A DNA stretch of 64,000 nucleotides from Candidatus Latescibacterota bacterium (GCA_963667175.2 CAXXXF010000003.1:480001-544000); one strand, 5' to 3'. Counted from the stretch's first letter, positions 10,708 through 20,279 are shown. Made by a program: numbers and translations. The notes: a model not told the origin generated them from the letters alone.

Positions 10708-11751
10708 TTACCCGCCAAAAGGCAGCGCCACGGGATTGCCCGTCCTCGCCGATTCGTAAATCGCCAGGATAATTTCGATCGCCCGCTTCGATTCCGGACC
10801 ATCGATTTCCGGCTCGCCGCCATTATTCAGAATACGTACCATCTCCGCTATCTGCGCCTTGTGCCCCTCCGTGCCGAACGTCCTGGAATCCGATGCCGCC
10901 CTGGCGACGTCGGTCGTGTCCGCCGCGGCCTCCTCCACGCTTTCGCCCTCCACGTCCCACCTGGCAATCTGGTCCGCTTCCACCACGACCGTACCCCGAT
11001 CACCGGAAAACTCCATGCGGGCGGGCAACCCGGGATACGCCGCGGAAGACGCTTCGATCACACCCAGCGCTCCGTTTTCGTATTCCAGTGTGGCAACCAC
11101 GGTGTCTTCGACTTCGATATCGTGGACGAACGTGCCCATCCTGGCGTAGACGCGCCTGACCGGTCCCATGATCCACTGGAGCAGGTCCACCGTGTGGCTG
11201 CCCTGGGTCATCAGCGCCCCGCCGCCCTCCATCGCCCAGTTACCCCGCCAATCGTCCGCATCGTAGTAGGCCTGCGGCCGAAACCACTTGATATAGGCGT
11301 CGGCCAGCACCATCCTGCCGAGAGCGCCGGATTGAACCGCGGTTCGCACCCGGTTGACGGCATCCCCGTACCGCAATTGGAATACCCCCATGAGTTTCAC
11401 CCCTGCGTCTCCGGCCGCCGCAATAATGCGATCCATATTCTGAATCGACACATCCAGAGGCTTTTCCACGATCAGATGCTTTCCCGCCGCCGCCGCATCG
11501 GTGACGATCGGAATGCGGACGCCGCTGGGCGTGCATATACAGACCACGTCCACTTCCGGCCGGCGGAGAACGGCTTCGTGGTCGGTAAACCAGGGGACGT
11601 CGTGCGCTTCTCCGGCGGCCCTGGCGCGCGATTCACTGCGGCTGTACACCGCGACAAGCTCCGCTCCTTCGGTGTCCTGCACGGCCCCGACGTGGTAATC
11701 CGCCACGACGCCGCATCCGATCATTGCAAAACCGACGGTCCGATCACCCAT
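10708..11751 (-). CDS. Gfo/Idh/MocA family oxidoreductase
   Basis: AMIGCGVVA, LIVEKP, GGGALMTQGSHTVDLL. Confidence 0.93.
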   Translation of the reverse strand: MGDRTVGFAMIGCGVVADYHVGAVQDTEGAELVAVYSRSESRARAAGEAHDVPWFTDHEAVLRRPEVDVVCICTPSGVRIPIVTDAAAAGKHLIVEKPLDVSIQNMDRIIAAAGDAGVKLMGVFQLRYGDAVNRVRTAVQSGALGRMVLADAYIKWFRPQAYYDADDWRGNWAMEGGGALMTQGSHTVDLLQWIMGPVRRVYARMGTFVHDIEVEDTVVATLEYENGALGVIEASSAAYPGLPARMEFSGDRGTVVVEADQIARWDVEGESVEEAAADTTDVARAASDSRTFGTEGHKAQIAEMVRILNNGGEPEIDGPESKRAIEIILAIYESARTGNPVALPFGG

Positions 11752-11845
11752 AGACGAATCCTCCCGGACGATACGTTCAACATGCGTGGAAAACCCCGAC
11801 GCGACGGCGCGCACCCGGCGGCGATGCGCCGCAGCCGACTCTCAG

Positions 11846-12087
11846 CAGCCCGTTGATAAAGTCCATCCGGGCTATGTCCGGCCCTTGTGACCGAAATACG
11901 GCGTTGCCTGCCTGCAGCAGGCAGGCGCTCCCTCCCCGAATCCAGGGATTCGCGTCGGTCGCCTGCCTGTGCGTGTCCGCCTGCCTGCCGAGCACGTCTC
12001 GGCGCAGGCAGGCACGCAGACAGGCGCGCCTTGTCTTCGGCCACAATGACTCGGCCTCGCCTGCAGAGCGACTTTTTCAACGGACTG
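11846..12087 (-). mobile_element. MITE-like element (242 bp) with nested GCCTGCCTGC hairpins
   Basis: Near-identical inverted copy of 41606..41875, with imperfect terminal inverted repeats CAGCCCGTTGATAAAGTC / GACTTTTTCAACGGACTG. Confidence 0.8.
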
Positions 12088-12113
12088 TTAGGGGCCTGCC
12101 CGAAGGCCGCGCA

Positions 12114-12254
12114 ATGAACCGGCCCACGCTGATCCGATACGCGTATCCGGATGAGGTCGCGCGGGCCGTGCCGTTCTTCGTTTCACCGCTGGCGAGCTTC
12201 GTGAGCGGGCAGATCCTCCGCGTGGACGGCGGCGCGCAGCTTTCGCCGGCGTAG
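12114..12254 (+). pseudogene. C-terminal fragment of an SDR oxidoreductase
   Basis: RYAYPDEVARAVPFFVSPLASFVSGQILRVDGG is a typical SDR tail. No N-terminal part; it abuts the MITE. Confidence 0.7.
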
Positions 12255-12275
12255 TCCGCCCGGCGACGACGCCCG

Positions 12276-12873
12276 TCAGCGCCTGTCCAGTTCCGCCCGG
12301 TATTCCTCCGGCGTATCGATATCCCGCAACACCCCCCCCATCCTCCACCTCGACCTCGAGCGTGTCGTCCGGGTGCCCCCGCATGACGGGTTTCAGCCCG
12401 TCCTCCCCCTTTAGAGATCGGATTTCAGGGAAATAACGACCCAGATCCACCAGGGCCGGATGTCCCCGTCTGCCCCGGTATACAGGAACGACGATCCCTT
12501 CATTTCCGTTTCGATACGCCGCCGCCACCTTCCTGACCACGCTCTCGCGGATATGCGGCTGGTCGCCCAGGGCGATTAACGCCGCATCGGCCGTTTCTTG
12601 CAGGGTGGAAAGCCCGCACATGATACTCGAAAACATCCCCTGACGGTAGTCGGGATTCGTTTGAAACAGGACGGGCCGCTCCGCCAGACTTGCACGTACG
12701 GCATCCGCCTTGTGGCCGAGCACCACAAGGACGTCGTCCAGTTCGGCCTCCAGCAGCGTATCGACTACGGCCTGAAGTACCGTCTTTCCGCCGAACGGCA
12801 ACAGCTGTTTGGGAGACCCCATGCGTGTCGACGTACCCGCGGCCGGCACGAGCGCGCAAATGCGTTTTGTCAT
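12276..12873 (-). CDS. Molybdenum cofactor cytidylyltransferase-like nucleotidyltransferase (MocA/MobA family), with a +1 frameshift in a G8 run near the C-terminus
   Basis: AAGTSTRMGSPKQLL, LGDQP, GHP. Removing one base in the run at 12332-12339 restores VLRDIDTPEEY and a stop at 12276. Confidence 0.85.
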
Positions 12874-13127
12874 CTGGTTATCAAGTATAACATAAAACCG
12901 GCGCGGAGACCACAACTTCTGACCGGCTGCCGGACAGGAAGGGCGCATCCTGCAGATCCGCATTTAAAACAACTACTTAATCGTCACCTTTCAAGGCAGG
13001 TCGCCGGGAGGCCGTTCCGAACCGCAATCCGGCGAATGCGATGACGCCGACGCGGCGCCCTTTCGCGCTTGATCATTCATAAAGATAATAAAAACAATTG
13101 ATTAATTCGTCCATTTCACGCTTTACC

Positions 13128-13155
13128 TTGACTTTTTTCCATTAAATAGTACATT
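13128..13155 (+). promoter_or_regulatory. sigma70-type promoter in an AT-rich intergenic region
   Basis: TTGACT-16 bp-TACATT upstream of 13214. Confidence 0.5.
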
Positions 13156-13213
13156 ACATCCCTTTAAAAGGAACAGGGGGTCGATTTCCGCACGTCCTCA
13201 GCCTCCCGAGAAG

Positions 13214-13468
13214 GTGTTTCAGGTGCTCTGTGAAACGTGTGAAAAGCGTCCCGCCACACGGATCTCCACCCGGATCATCAATGGCGGGAAACAGATCACG
13301 TATCGTTGCGAAGTCTGCGAATCGCTACCGGAAGCCGGGTCGCAACCTCGTCTGGAGCGCCCTTGCGAGCGTTGCAGGAAGGAAGAGGGCGTTGTCAAGC
13401 TCACGCGACTCGCGGAACGATATCGAACCGTAACCTATCTTTGTGAAACCTGCGCGGCCGGGACCTGA
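13214..13468 (+). CDS. Small protein with four CxxC motifs (tandem McsA N-terminal-like zinc fingers)
   Basis: CETC..ATRISTRIINGGKQITYRCEVC, repeated as CERC..GVVKLTRL..TVTYLCETC. Confidence 0.65.
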   Translation: MFQVLCETCEKRPATRISTRIINGGKQITYRCEVCESLPEAGSQPRLERPCERCRKEEGVVKLTRLAERYRTVTYLCETCAAGT

Positions 13469-13537
13469 GTCCCGTCCCGGAAAAATGTCATTCTGCTTCC
13501 CTGCCTGCGCCGCGCCCCTGAGCAACCGGACAGCCGC

Positions 13538-16500
13538 ATGATGGATACCAGCACGTTCCTGAATCCCCCGGCCCCCTATCGAATTCTGCCTACCTGGACG
13601 TGGAACAGCACGATCGAGGAGGGAGAAATCGTGCGTCAGATCCGGGAGATGGGTGAAAAGGGTCTGGGCGGTTTCTGCCTGTCCGCGGGTCCGGGGCTTC
13701 GCATTCCGTACCTTTCCAGAGTCTGGTTTGACCGGGTTCGGGTGGCTGTGGAAACCGCCCGAGAGGTTGGACTTCAGGTCTGGCTGCACGACGATTATCC
13801 CCATCCCCACAGCATCAGCGGCGTCCAGGTGTCGTTAGGCTACCCGCAGTATCGGGCCCAACACCTTACGTTTGACGAAATCACGGTCCAGGGTGGCCAG
13901 CAAGTCGACATGGAGCTTCCATGGGGCGCCGTATTGCGCGCGCTGGCCGTTCCGCTCAAACGCGACCGGTGCCTCTGGGAGGACGTTGCGGATATCGGCG
14001 ACAACATCGGCGCAAACCAACGCCATGAAATATACCGCGAGCACCCGGACGACGCCGTATACCACGACAAACGGTTTCTTGCCCGCCACCTCACGCACCG
14101 CCTCTTCTGGAAGGCGCCGCCGGGACGCTGGAGAGTGCTTGTCTTCATCCAGCGGGAAAACGAAGCGGCGCAGCCCCATGGAATCCACTTCGATCCGTTC
14201 AACGCGGACGCCGTCGCCTGTTTTCTCGAGACCACACACGGACGGTACGCCAGCGGGCTGGCGGACGATTTCGGCCGCGTGATTCAGGGCATTTTTACCA
14301 CCGAGGCGTTTTCCACTCCCGGTAGATGGCCCTGGTCTCCGACGTTGCCCCGGGTATTTCAGGACCGCAACCGGTACGACCTGCTCAAATGCCTACCGGC
14401 ACTGATGACCCATTTCGGCCCGAACACGGCCCGGATCCGGTACGATTACTTCCAGACGCTGAGCGAGATGCTCAGGGACAACTTCCATAGAGCCTTTGAG
14501 ACGTGGTGCGCGAAACGAAACGTGCTGCACGCGGCCGACGTCACCGTCTTCAGAAACGCCCACCGGCGCAACGTACATATTCCCGGTACGTGTGGAGGCG
14601 GCGAAAAGGTTGGCGGGTTCAGAGACGGGGACGCGCACGCCGCATCGTATCGCCGCAACCCCAGGTTCTCTGTTTCGCAGCACGACGGGGATCGCGCGTT
14701 TAACACATGTTTCCAGGATACCGGCTGGTCGCTGACACTCCAGGATATGAAATGGACGATCGACCGGATGGGCGCTCTCGGCGCGAATCTCTTTCATGCA
14801 CGGGGATTGTCTTATACCCTCGACGGACTGCGCAAGCACGACGGTCCGCCCTCCATTTTCCATCAGAACCCGTACTGGAAACATTTCCGGCTTCTGGCGG
14901 ACTACGCCGGCCGCCTCTCCTACGTCCTCAGCCAGGGACGCCGTAAGGCCAATCTGGCGCTTCTGGATCCGGTGACGAGCCTGTGGGCGCACCTGGGCAG
15001 TCCGGGACTCGGATGGGAGTATATCGGTTACGACGAGGATGAGGCCAAGCTGACCCGGCGGCTCGCCGCGGATTGGGCGTACCTGATAGAGTCCCTATGC
15101 CAGATGCAGCGCGATTTCGACTGCCTGGATCCGGAAACCCTCGCGGCGGCGCGCATCGCCGGAAACCGGATGCAGATTGACGGCGCCGGCTACGACGTGC
15201 TCATCCTGCCGCCCATGACAAACCTCGAGCGAGACGCGTTTGAACGCATCAGGCAATTCATCAATGCCGGCGGCATCGTCATCTGTCTCGGCCTGCTTCC
15301 GATCGAAGACATCCAGGAGGGGCCATCCGTTGTCGAGGCTTTCTCCCGCCTGACCGATATGGAGCCCGGCAGAATGAGGCGGGACTATATCGGCCACGAA
15401 CTGGGCGTACATCTCATTCAGCGTGGAAACCTCTACTTCATTCGCACGGGTGGTTCCGTCGAAAAAAACCGCGGCGCCCGTATGCTGGGCGATCTGCTCC
15501 ACCGGATCCTTCCTGCGGACGTCCTTGTCGAGACCGACAAAAAGAACGGTTCGGCGATATTGGCGCAGATACGGGAGACGGCAAACGAAGATCTGTTTTT
15601 CTTTGCCAATACCAACCGAAACGCCTTCACGTCCCGGATCACCCTCGTGGTTCCGCCTCGCAGGCGAAAGGTGGAACGGTGGGACCTGGAAACCGGCAGG
15701 CGCACGCCATTGCCGGTGGAGCGCGATGGCGATCGGGTCAGGCTCAACGTCAACTTCGAACGTTTGCAGTCCCACCTGATTGTCGCGTCAGAAGACAAAC
15801 CGCAGCCTCCCTCCGAATCGGAAACCGCGGCCGTTTTGCGTCCCGACGTGAACGACGCGTGGAAAGTCGATCCCGAAGAGGACAACTGCCTTCGCCTGGA
15901 CCGGTTCCAGATGCAACTCGATCCGCAGAACAAGGGGATCGAACAGGGCTGGCACAGACCGGGCTACCGGGACAATCGCTGGACGTCCGTCACCCCCAAG
16001 CCGGTTGTCGACCAGATCGGAAACCTGCCGTCTCTTTCCGGACTGCCCTTCACGTTCGATAGTGGCGGACCGGGCAAGACTGCCGGTCCCGGTATCGAAT
16101 TTCCCCTGGTCTGCTGGTTCAGAACGGCATTTTCCGCCGACGTCGTGCCGTCCAAACTTTCTCTGGTCATGGACCGCAGCGCCATTTTGGGCAATTACCA
16201 GATCTATCTGAACGGTGTCCGACTGCCTGGCAAGGCTTTTCGTCCCACTTTCAGGTACGACCACAACAACGTCACCTGCGCGGTGGTGCGCCGCGCTACG
16301 ACGGGAAGGAACGTCCTGGCCATCCGCGTGGAGCTGGACGATCTCAATCAGGGCCTCGTCGACGCCTTTTACGTCTTCGGAAAATTCGGCGTGAGGCGCT
16401 GGCTCAACCACTATTTGCGAATGGTTGCCCCGGTCGACCGTGGATTCCCGGGTGAACTCGACGAGCAGAAGATGCCCTACTATGCCGGCACGGTCGTGTA

Positions 16501-16780
16501 CACGAAGGATATGACGTTTATCGAACCTCCCGAGACCGAACAGTTCGTTTTTTCGCTCGAGGAGGAACTCAAGGACGTTTCCGATATCGTAGAGGTGGTC
16601 ATCAACGGCCGCACCCTGGGGACGAGGGCCTGGGCGCCCTACAAGTGGACGGCCAGAACCGAATGGCTGAAACCGGGAAAGAACCGAATCGCGGTCCGGA
16701 TGACCAACACCCTCTCCCGGCTGCTCACCGGCCGTGAATTCGAGGCCCGAACCCACTCCCTGGAGCCGGTCAAACTTTAG
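13538..16780 (+). CDS. GH106 (alpha-L-rhamnosidase)-like large glycoside hydrolase
   Basis: TWTWNSTIEEGEIVRQIREM, PYLS, RIRYDYFQT, PPSIFHQNPYW, C-terminal beta-sandwich ending AWAPY...GKNRIAVRMTNTL. Confidence 0.75.
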   Translation: MMDTSTFLNPPAPYRILPTWTWNSTIEEGEIVRQIREMGEKGLGGFCLSAGPGLRIPYLSRVWFDRVRVAVETAREVGLQVWLHDDYPHPHSISGVQVSLGYPQYRAQHLTFDEITVQGGQQVDMELPWGAVLRALAVPLKRDRCLWEDVADIGDNIGANQRHEIYREHPDDAVYHDKRFLARHLTHRLFWKAPPGRWRVLVFIQRENEAAQPHGIHFDPFNADAVACFLETTHGRYASGLADDFGRVIQGIFTTEAFSTPGRWPWSPTLPRVFQDRNRYDLLKCLPALMTHFGPNTARIRYDYFQTLSEMLRDNFHRAFETWCAKRNVLHAADVTVFRNAHRRNVHIPGTCGGGEKVGGFRDGDAHAASYRRNPRFSVSQHDGDRAFNTCFQDTGWSLTLQDMKWTIDRMGALGANLFHARGLSYTLDGLRKHDGPPSIFHQNPYWKHFRLLADYAGRLSYVLSQGRRKANLALLDPVTSLWAHLGSPGLGWEYIGYDEDEAKLTRRLAADWAYLIESLCQMQRDFDCLDPETLAAARIAGNRMQIDGAGYDVLILPPMTNLERDAFERIRQFINAGGIVICLGLLPIEDIQEGPSVVEAFSRLTDMEPGRMRRDYIGHELGVHLIQRGNLYFIRTGGSVEKNRGARMLGDLLHRILPADVLVETDKKNGSAILAQIRETANEDLFFFANTNRNAFTSRITLVVPPRRRKVERWDLETGRRTPLPVERDGDRVRLNVNFERLQSHLIVASEDKPQPPSESETAAVLRPDVNDAWKVDPEEDNCLRLDRFQMQLDPQNKGIEQGWHRPGYRDNRWTSVTPKPVVDQIGNLPSLSGLPFTFDSGGPGKTAGPGIEFPLVCWFRTAFSADVVPSKLSLVMDRSAILGNYQIYLNGVRLPGKAFRPTFRYDHNNVTCAVVRRATTGRNVLAIRVELDDLNQGLVDAFYVFGKFGVRRWLNHYLRMVAPVDRGFPGELDEQKMPYYAGTVVYTKDMTFIEPPETEQFVFSLEEELKDVSDIVEVVINGRTLGTRAWAPYKWTARTEWLKPGKNRIAVRMTNTLSRLLTGREFEARTHSLEPVKL

Positions 16781-17099
16781 GTAACCGGGGTCGGCCGGCG
16801 CTGACCCACTCCCTGACCGGAGGAACCGGATGCGCCATGGACCCCCGTTGCCGGCGTCATCTACACTGTATCGGTCAATAGAAAAAGCGGCCTCACATCG
16901 AGGTCGCTTTTTCGTATAATACGAAGGGGAGATTCACCGAACGCGATGCGCGGCGGTCGGGAGGAAATACAGGCGGGAGGGTTGTCCTGTCATCCCTTGG
17001 TTCGCTCCGTTCATGCGTGAAGGGAGAACAGGCCGCGTTCAAGGGGCGCCGTTGACCATTACTGGATTCGGCAGAGTATATCTCAATTGGAGACAAACT

Positions 17100-17363
17100 A
17101 TGAAAAAGGGATGGATCGCAGCAGGCGTGGCAGCCGCGCTACAGGGATTTCTTCTGGTGGCGGCGGGCGTCATCTTCGCCGCCCTGTTTCTCATCAAGAT
17201 CCTCTGGGCGTGGACGATTCCCGATCTGTTTCCCGGCGCGGTGGAACAGGGACTCATCGCGGGGGAGATCTCCTGGTTTGCATCCCTCAAGCTCGCGCTG
17301 TTCCTCGGGATCCTGTCGGCGATCATCGGCGGAGGAAACGTGTCAACGTCGGTTTCGAAGTAA
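17100..17363 (+). CDS. Small two-TM membrane protein
   Basis: GGAG RBS. Two hydrophobic helices around WAWTIPDLFPGAVEQG. Confidence 0.75.
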   Translation: MKKGWIAAGVAAALQGFLLVAAGVIFAALFLIKILWAWTIPDLFPGAVEQGLIAGEISWFASLKLALFLGILSAIIGGGNVSTSVSK

Positions 17364-17397
17364 ACAAACGTCACGCAAAGCAGTGATCAGCTAAAGG

Positions 17398-17556
17398 CGG
17401 TTAGACGGGAGACGCAAGACGGGAGAGGATGAGAGTGCCTGTTCGGTATCATCTCTTGCCGCAGGCATAAAGGAGAAACCAATCTGGCAAAGATGTCATC
17501 TACCGTCTAACCTCTACCGTCTCCCCGTTTTCATCTACCGTCTTACGTCTCACCGC
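17398..17556. repeat. Inverted arrays of degenerate 7-mers (AGACGGG.. / ..ACCGTCT)
   Basis: TTAGACGGGAGACGCAAGACGGGAGA on the left and repeated CTACCGTCT/TACGTCT units on the right. Confidence 0.5.
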
Positions 17557-17638
17557 ATTTTGGAGGGGGAGCACAGCGAAATGTCTTCAAATGATTACAG
17601 TATTTGATACGATTGATGATAGGTGATCGGATACTCAG

Positions 17639-18391
17639 ATGAAATTCGACGACGGGTCCTACTACAGGGCGTACGATCACAACTACCGGGTCGCTTATGA
17701 AGAAGGCCTGACGTGCGCTGGCGAAGGCGGATCGCAGAAGGATCTTGAGCGCCTGCGGCGAATGCTCGGACGCATCCCCCACGATCCTCGCAATACCGGG
17801 ATTCTGGACCTGGGATGCGGCGACGGTACGACGGGTCTTTTCCTGGCCGGGCTGGGATATCGGTACCTTGGTATCGACGTTTCGGAGGCCGCCATCGAAC
17901 GTGCGAAGCGACGCTGCGCCGAAGCCGGCACGGATGCGAGATTCGTGGTGGCGAATGCGCTGGATCCCGATGCGTTTCCCGGTGGAGGCTTCGATATCGT
18001 CGTCGACTGCTATTGCTTGAATATGCTGGCTGTCGACGCCCACCGGAAAGCCTATCTCGAAAACGTCTTGAGAGTTACACGAGACGGAGGATTCTTCATC
18101 CTGTTCGGTGCGCGTGACGAGGATGCCTGTGAGGGTCCGGTGAATTCCTTCGCTGAGTTCTGCAGGAAAACCGGCGCGAACACGTCCGGCGTGCCATTCC
18201 AGAAACGTAAGGGAAACGAGTGGCGGAGCGTCGATGGCAAAACGGTATACTTGATGGGCCGCCCAATGAGCCTGAAGGGCTATCGAAAGGAATTGACCGC
18301 GGCGGGTTTCTCGATCCTGCACCGTGCGGCCTATGGTCGAGAACGGCAATACGCGGGCTTCCTGCTGCAAAGGGTACGGCAGGCGTCGTGA
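17639..18391 (+). CDS. Class I SAM-dependent methyltransferase
   Basis: ILDLGCGDG, GIDVSEAAI, FDIVVDCYCL. Confidence 0.9.
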   Translation: MKFDDGSYYRAYDHNYRVAYEEGLTCAGEGGSQKDLERLRRMLGRIPHDPRNTGILDLGCGDGTTGLFLAGLGYRYLGIDVSEAAIERAKRRCAEAGTDARFVVANALDPDAFPGGGFDIVVDCYCLNMLAVDAHRKAYLENVLRVTRDGGFFILFGARDEDACEGPVNSFAEFCRKTGANTSGVPFQKRKGNEWRSVDGKTVYLMGRPMSLKGYRKELTAAGFSILHRAAYGRERQYAGFLLQRVRQAS

Positions 18392-18502
18392 ATGGCAGAT
18401 GGATTCAAGCGGGGTGATTCCATGAGAAATCTCGGCGTCGGCTACTCTCGGTGTTACTTGAGGTAACGCATTCACCTCTTCCTTCAGGTACTGAGGAATG
18501 GC

Positions 18503-18931
18503 ATGCCTGAGCGCGACGACAGTCATACGTGGTACCATGGCTCTCAACAAGCGTTGACGGAACTTCGCGTTGGAAGTTCGATCACGCAGATCCGGGCCTT
18601 GGCGAAGGCGTTCTCACACCGGCCCTCGCTTGTCAGTGTGTCTGACCCGGGCGAGTCGGTTTCCTTCAAGAGTACGGTTAAGCACAACGGCGTCACGCCG
18701 GGTTATCTCTATGCTGTTTCTGAGCAGATCGACCCCGGGGATATCTATCCGCATCCGCACCCGGCGAATGCCGATCGCTGGGAGTGGCTGACCCGGCGGG
18801 AATTGAAGCTGACATTCATCGAAAAGACGATCGTGACGGACCGGGAACGCCTGACCGACGAAGAAATCTCAGTCCTCAGGCGGAAGCAGAAGGAACGTGG
18901 CGAGGAGACGTTCGCGGAGAAGCCTGATTGA
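18503..18931 (+). CDS. Hypothetical protein, possibly ADP-ribosyltransferase fold
   Basis: GAGG RBS. WYHGS...SITQ...AKAFS...GYLY...WEW pattern. Confidence 0.6.
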   Translation: MPERDDSHTWYHGSQQALTELRVGSSITQIRALAKAFSHRPSLVSVSDPGESVSFKSTVKHNGVTPGYLYAVSEQIDPGDIYPHPHPANADRWEWLTRRELKLTFIEKTIVTDRERLTDEEISVLRRKQKERGEETFAEKPD

Positions 18932-19037
18932 AATGGTGCGAAACACGGATTCGGTGCAATTCCCGAGCGCGGCGACGCTGTGCTCAGCCGCAACCAAATA
19001 GGTGGAAGTGAAGGCGCGCGTCCGTTCAACGGTTTAA

Positions 19038-19123
19038 TCACTCCCCCCTTGAGGGGGAGTCGCAGAAGCCGAGCCGATCCCTGAGCTTGTCGAAGGGCTG
19101 GCGATGGCTGATGCGGTGGGGGG
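19038..19123. repeat. REP-like palindrome with a nested second REP
   Basis: ACTCCCCCCTTGAGGGGGAGT hairpin with internal CCCTGAGCTTGTCGAAGGG. Confidence 0.6.
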
Positions 19124-19214
19124 ATTCCAACGCCTTTCGTCGGCTGTCAGCAGGAAAAACATGACCGCACGTTGCGTATAAGTCGAACAGTAAGGTCAAA
19201 CAGCCACGGAGTTC

Positions 19215-19373
19215 GTGCACGCCGTCGATGATCTACTGACCTGGAACTTCAAGCACATCGACAATGCGCTGATCAAGCCGCAGTTTCGGGCAATATGCCT
19301 GAAACACGGTTATCCTAGCCCCGAAATCTGCACCCCCCAGGAGATGGTCGGAGGTCTGCCCGATGAAAGATGA
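19215..19373 (+). pseudogene. C-terminal remnant of a PIN-domain toxin
   Basis: VDDLLTWNFKHIDNA...SPEICTPQEM matches the LLTWNxxHxxN / PxICTPxE tail of a PIN family. The N-terminus is missing. Confidence 0.65.
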
Positions 19374-19545
19374 AGTCATCGTCGCCCTGTGGAAGATCAA
19401 AGAAGAAATCGCACGGGAGCACGAATATGACGTGGACCGTCTGGGCGCAATGGTCCGCGAAAAAGAGCGTGAGTACGCGTACAGAGTCGTAGACCGGGCA
19501 CGTTCGAAGAAATCGGATACCTGCCAGGATTTCGGAGATTCGTAA
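19363..19545 (+). CDS. Small putative antitoxin partner of the PIN toxin
   Basis: MKDEVIVALWKIKEEIAREHEYDVDRL. Overlaps the PIN remnant; GGAGG RBS. Confidence 0.6.
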   Translation: MKDEVIVALWKIKEEIAREHEYDVDRLGAMVREKEREYAYRVVDRARSKKSDTCQDFGDS

Positions 19546-19592
19546 TACAAACGTCACTCATCACGCGATCGCCGTAACAGCGAGGAATTGTC

Positions 19593-20279
19593 ATGTCGTC
19601 CCTTCCTGTTGGTGAGGTCGTACAACCCATCGCACGTGTCGACGCGCCTCGACGGACGGACTACGAAGGCGAGTTCATTACCCTGTCGCCGGTCCGCCCG
19701 GAGGTCGATTCCGCGGAATTGTTCGCAGGCTCTCACGGGTCGGGCTTGAAGGAACAGATATGGACCTACATGGGATACGGCCCCTTCGATAGCGAACACC
19801 AGATGCGAAATTGGCTCGAGGAACGCGCAGGGTCGGACGACCCGCTCTTCCTGACCGTCCGCCACCGCGATTCCGGGCGGCGGGTCGGGATGGCGAGTTT
19901 CCTGAACATCGCTTCAGATATGCTATGTCTCGAACTCGGCCACATCTGGTATTCCCCGGATTCCCAGAGGTCGAACGTAAACACCGAGGCTGTCTATCTG
20001 ATGCTTTGCGAGGCTTTCGACAGGCTGAAATACCGTAGGGTTGAATGGAAGTGCGATTCGCTGAATGAACGTTCACGAAAAGCGGCGATTCGTCTCGGTT
20101 TCAGGTTCGAAGGGATCTTCAGACAGCACATGATCATCAAGGGACGCAATAGGGACACCGCCTGGTACGCACTATTGGATAGCCAGTGGCCGGCGGTAAA
20201 GAAAAACCTGCGGACATGGCTGTATCACAACCCGGACCGGCGGCTGTCATTGACTGAGCTCAACAGCAAAACGCCCTGA
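19593..20279 (+). CDS. RimJ/RimL-type GNAT N-acetyltransferase
   Basis: LELGHIWY, YRRVEWKCDSLNERS, FEGIFRQH, GRNRDTAWY. Confidence 0.92.
   Translation: MSSLPVGEVVQPIARVDAPRRTDYEGEFITLSPVRPEVDSAELFAGSHGSGLKEQIWTYMGYGPFDSEHQMRNWLEERAGSDDPLFLTVRHRDSGRRVGMASFLNIASDMLCLELGHIWYSPDSQRSNVNTEAVYLMLCEAFDRLKYRRVEWKCDSLNERSRKAAIRLGFRFEGIFRQHMIIKGRNRDTAWYALLDSQWPAVKKNLRTWLYHNPDRRLSLTELNSKTP

Noticed and set aside
11721-12080. Duplicated small ORFs (also 41613..41938)
   Set aside because: They are translations of the non-coding MITE.
12332-12339. Programmed frameshift or phase variation in the nucleotidyltransferase G8 run
   Set aside because: A homopolymer sequencing error is simpler, given the other indels at 290-410.
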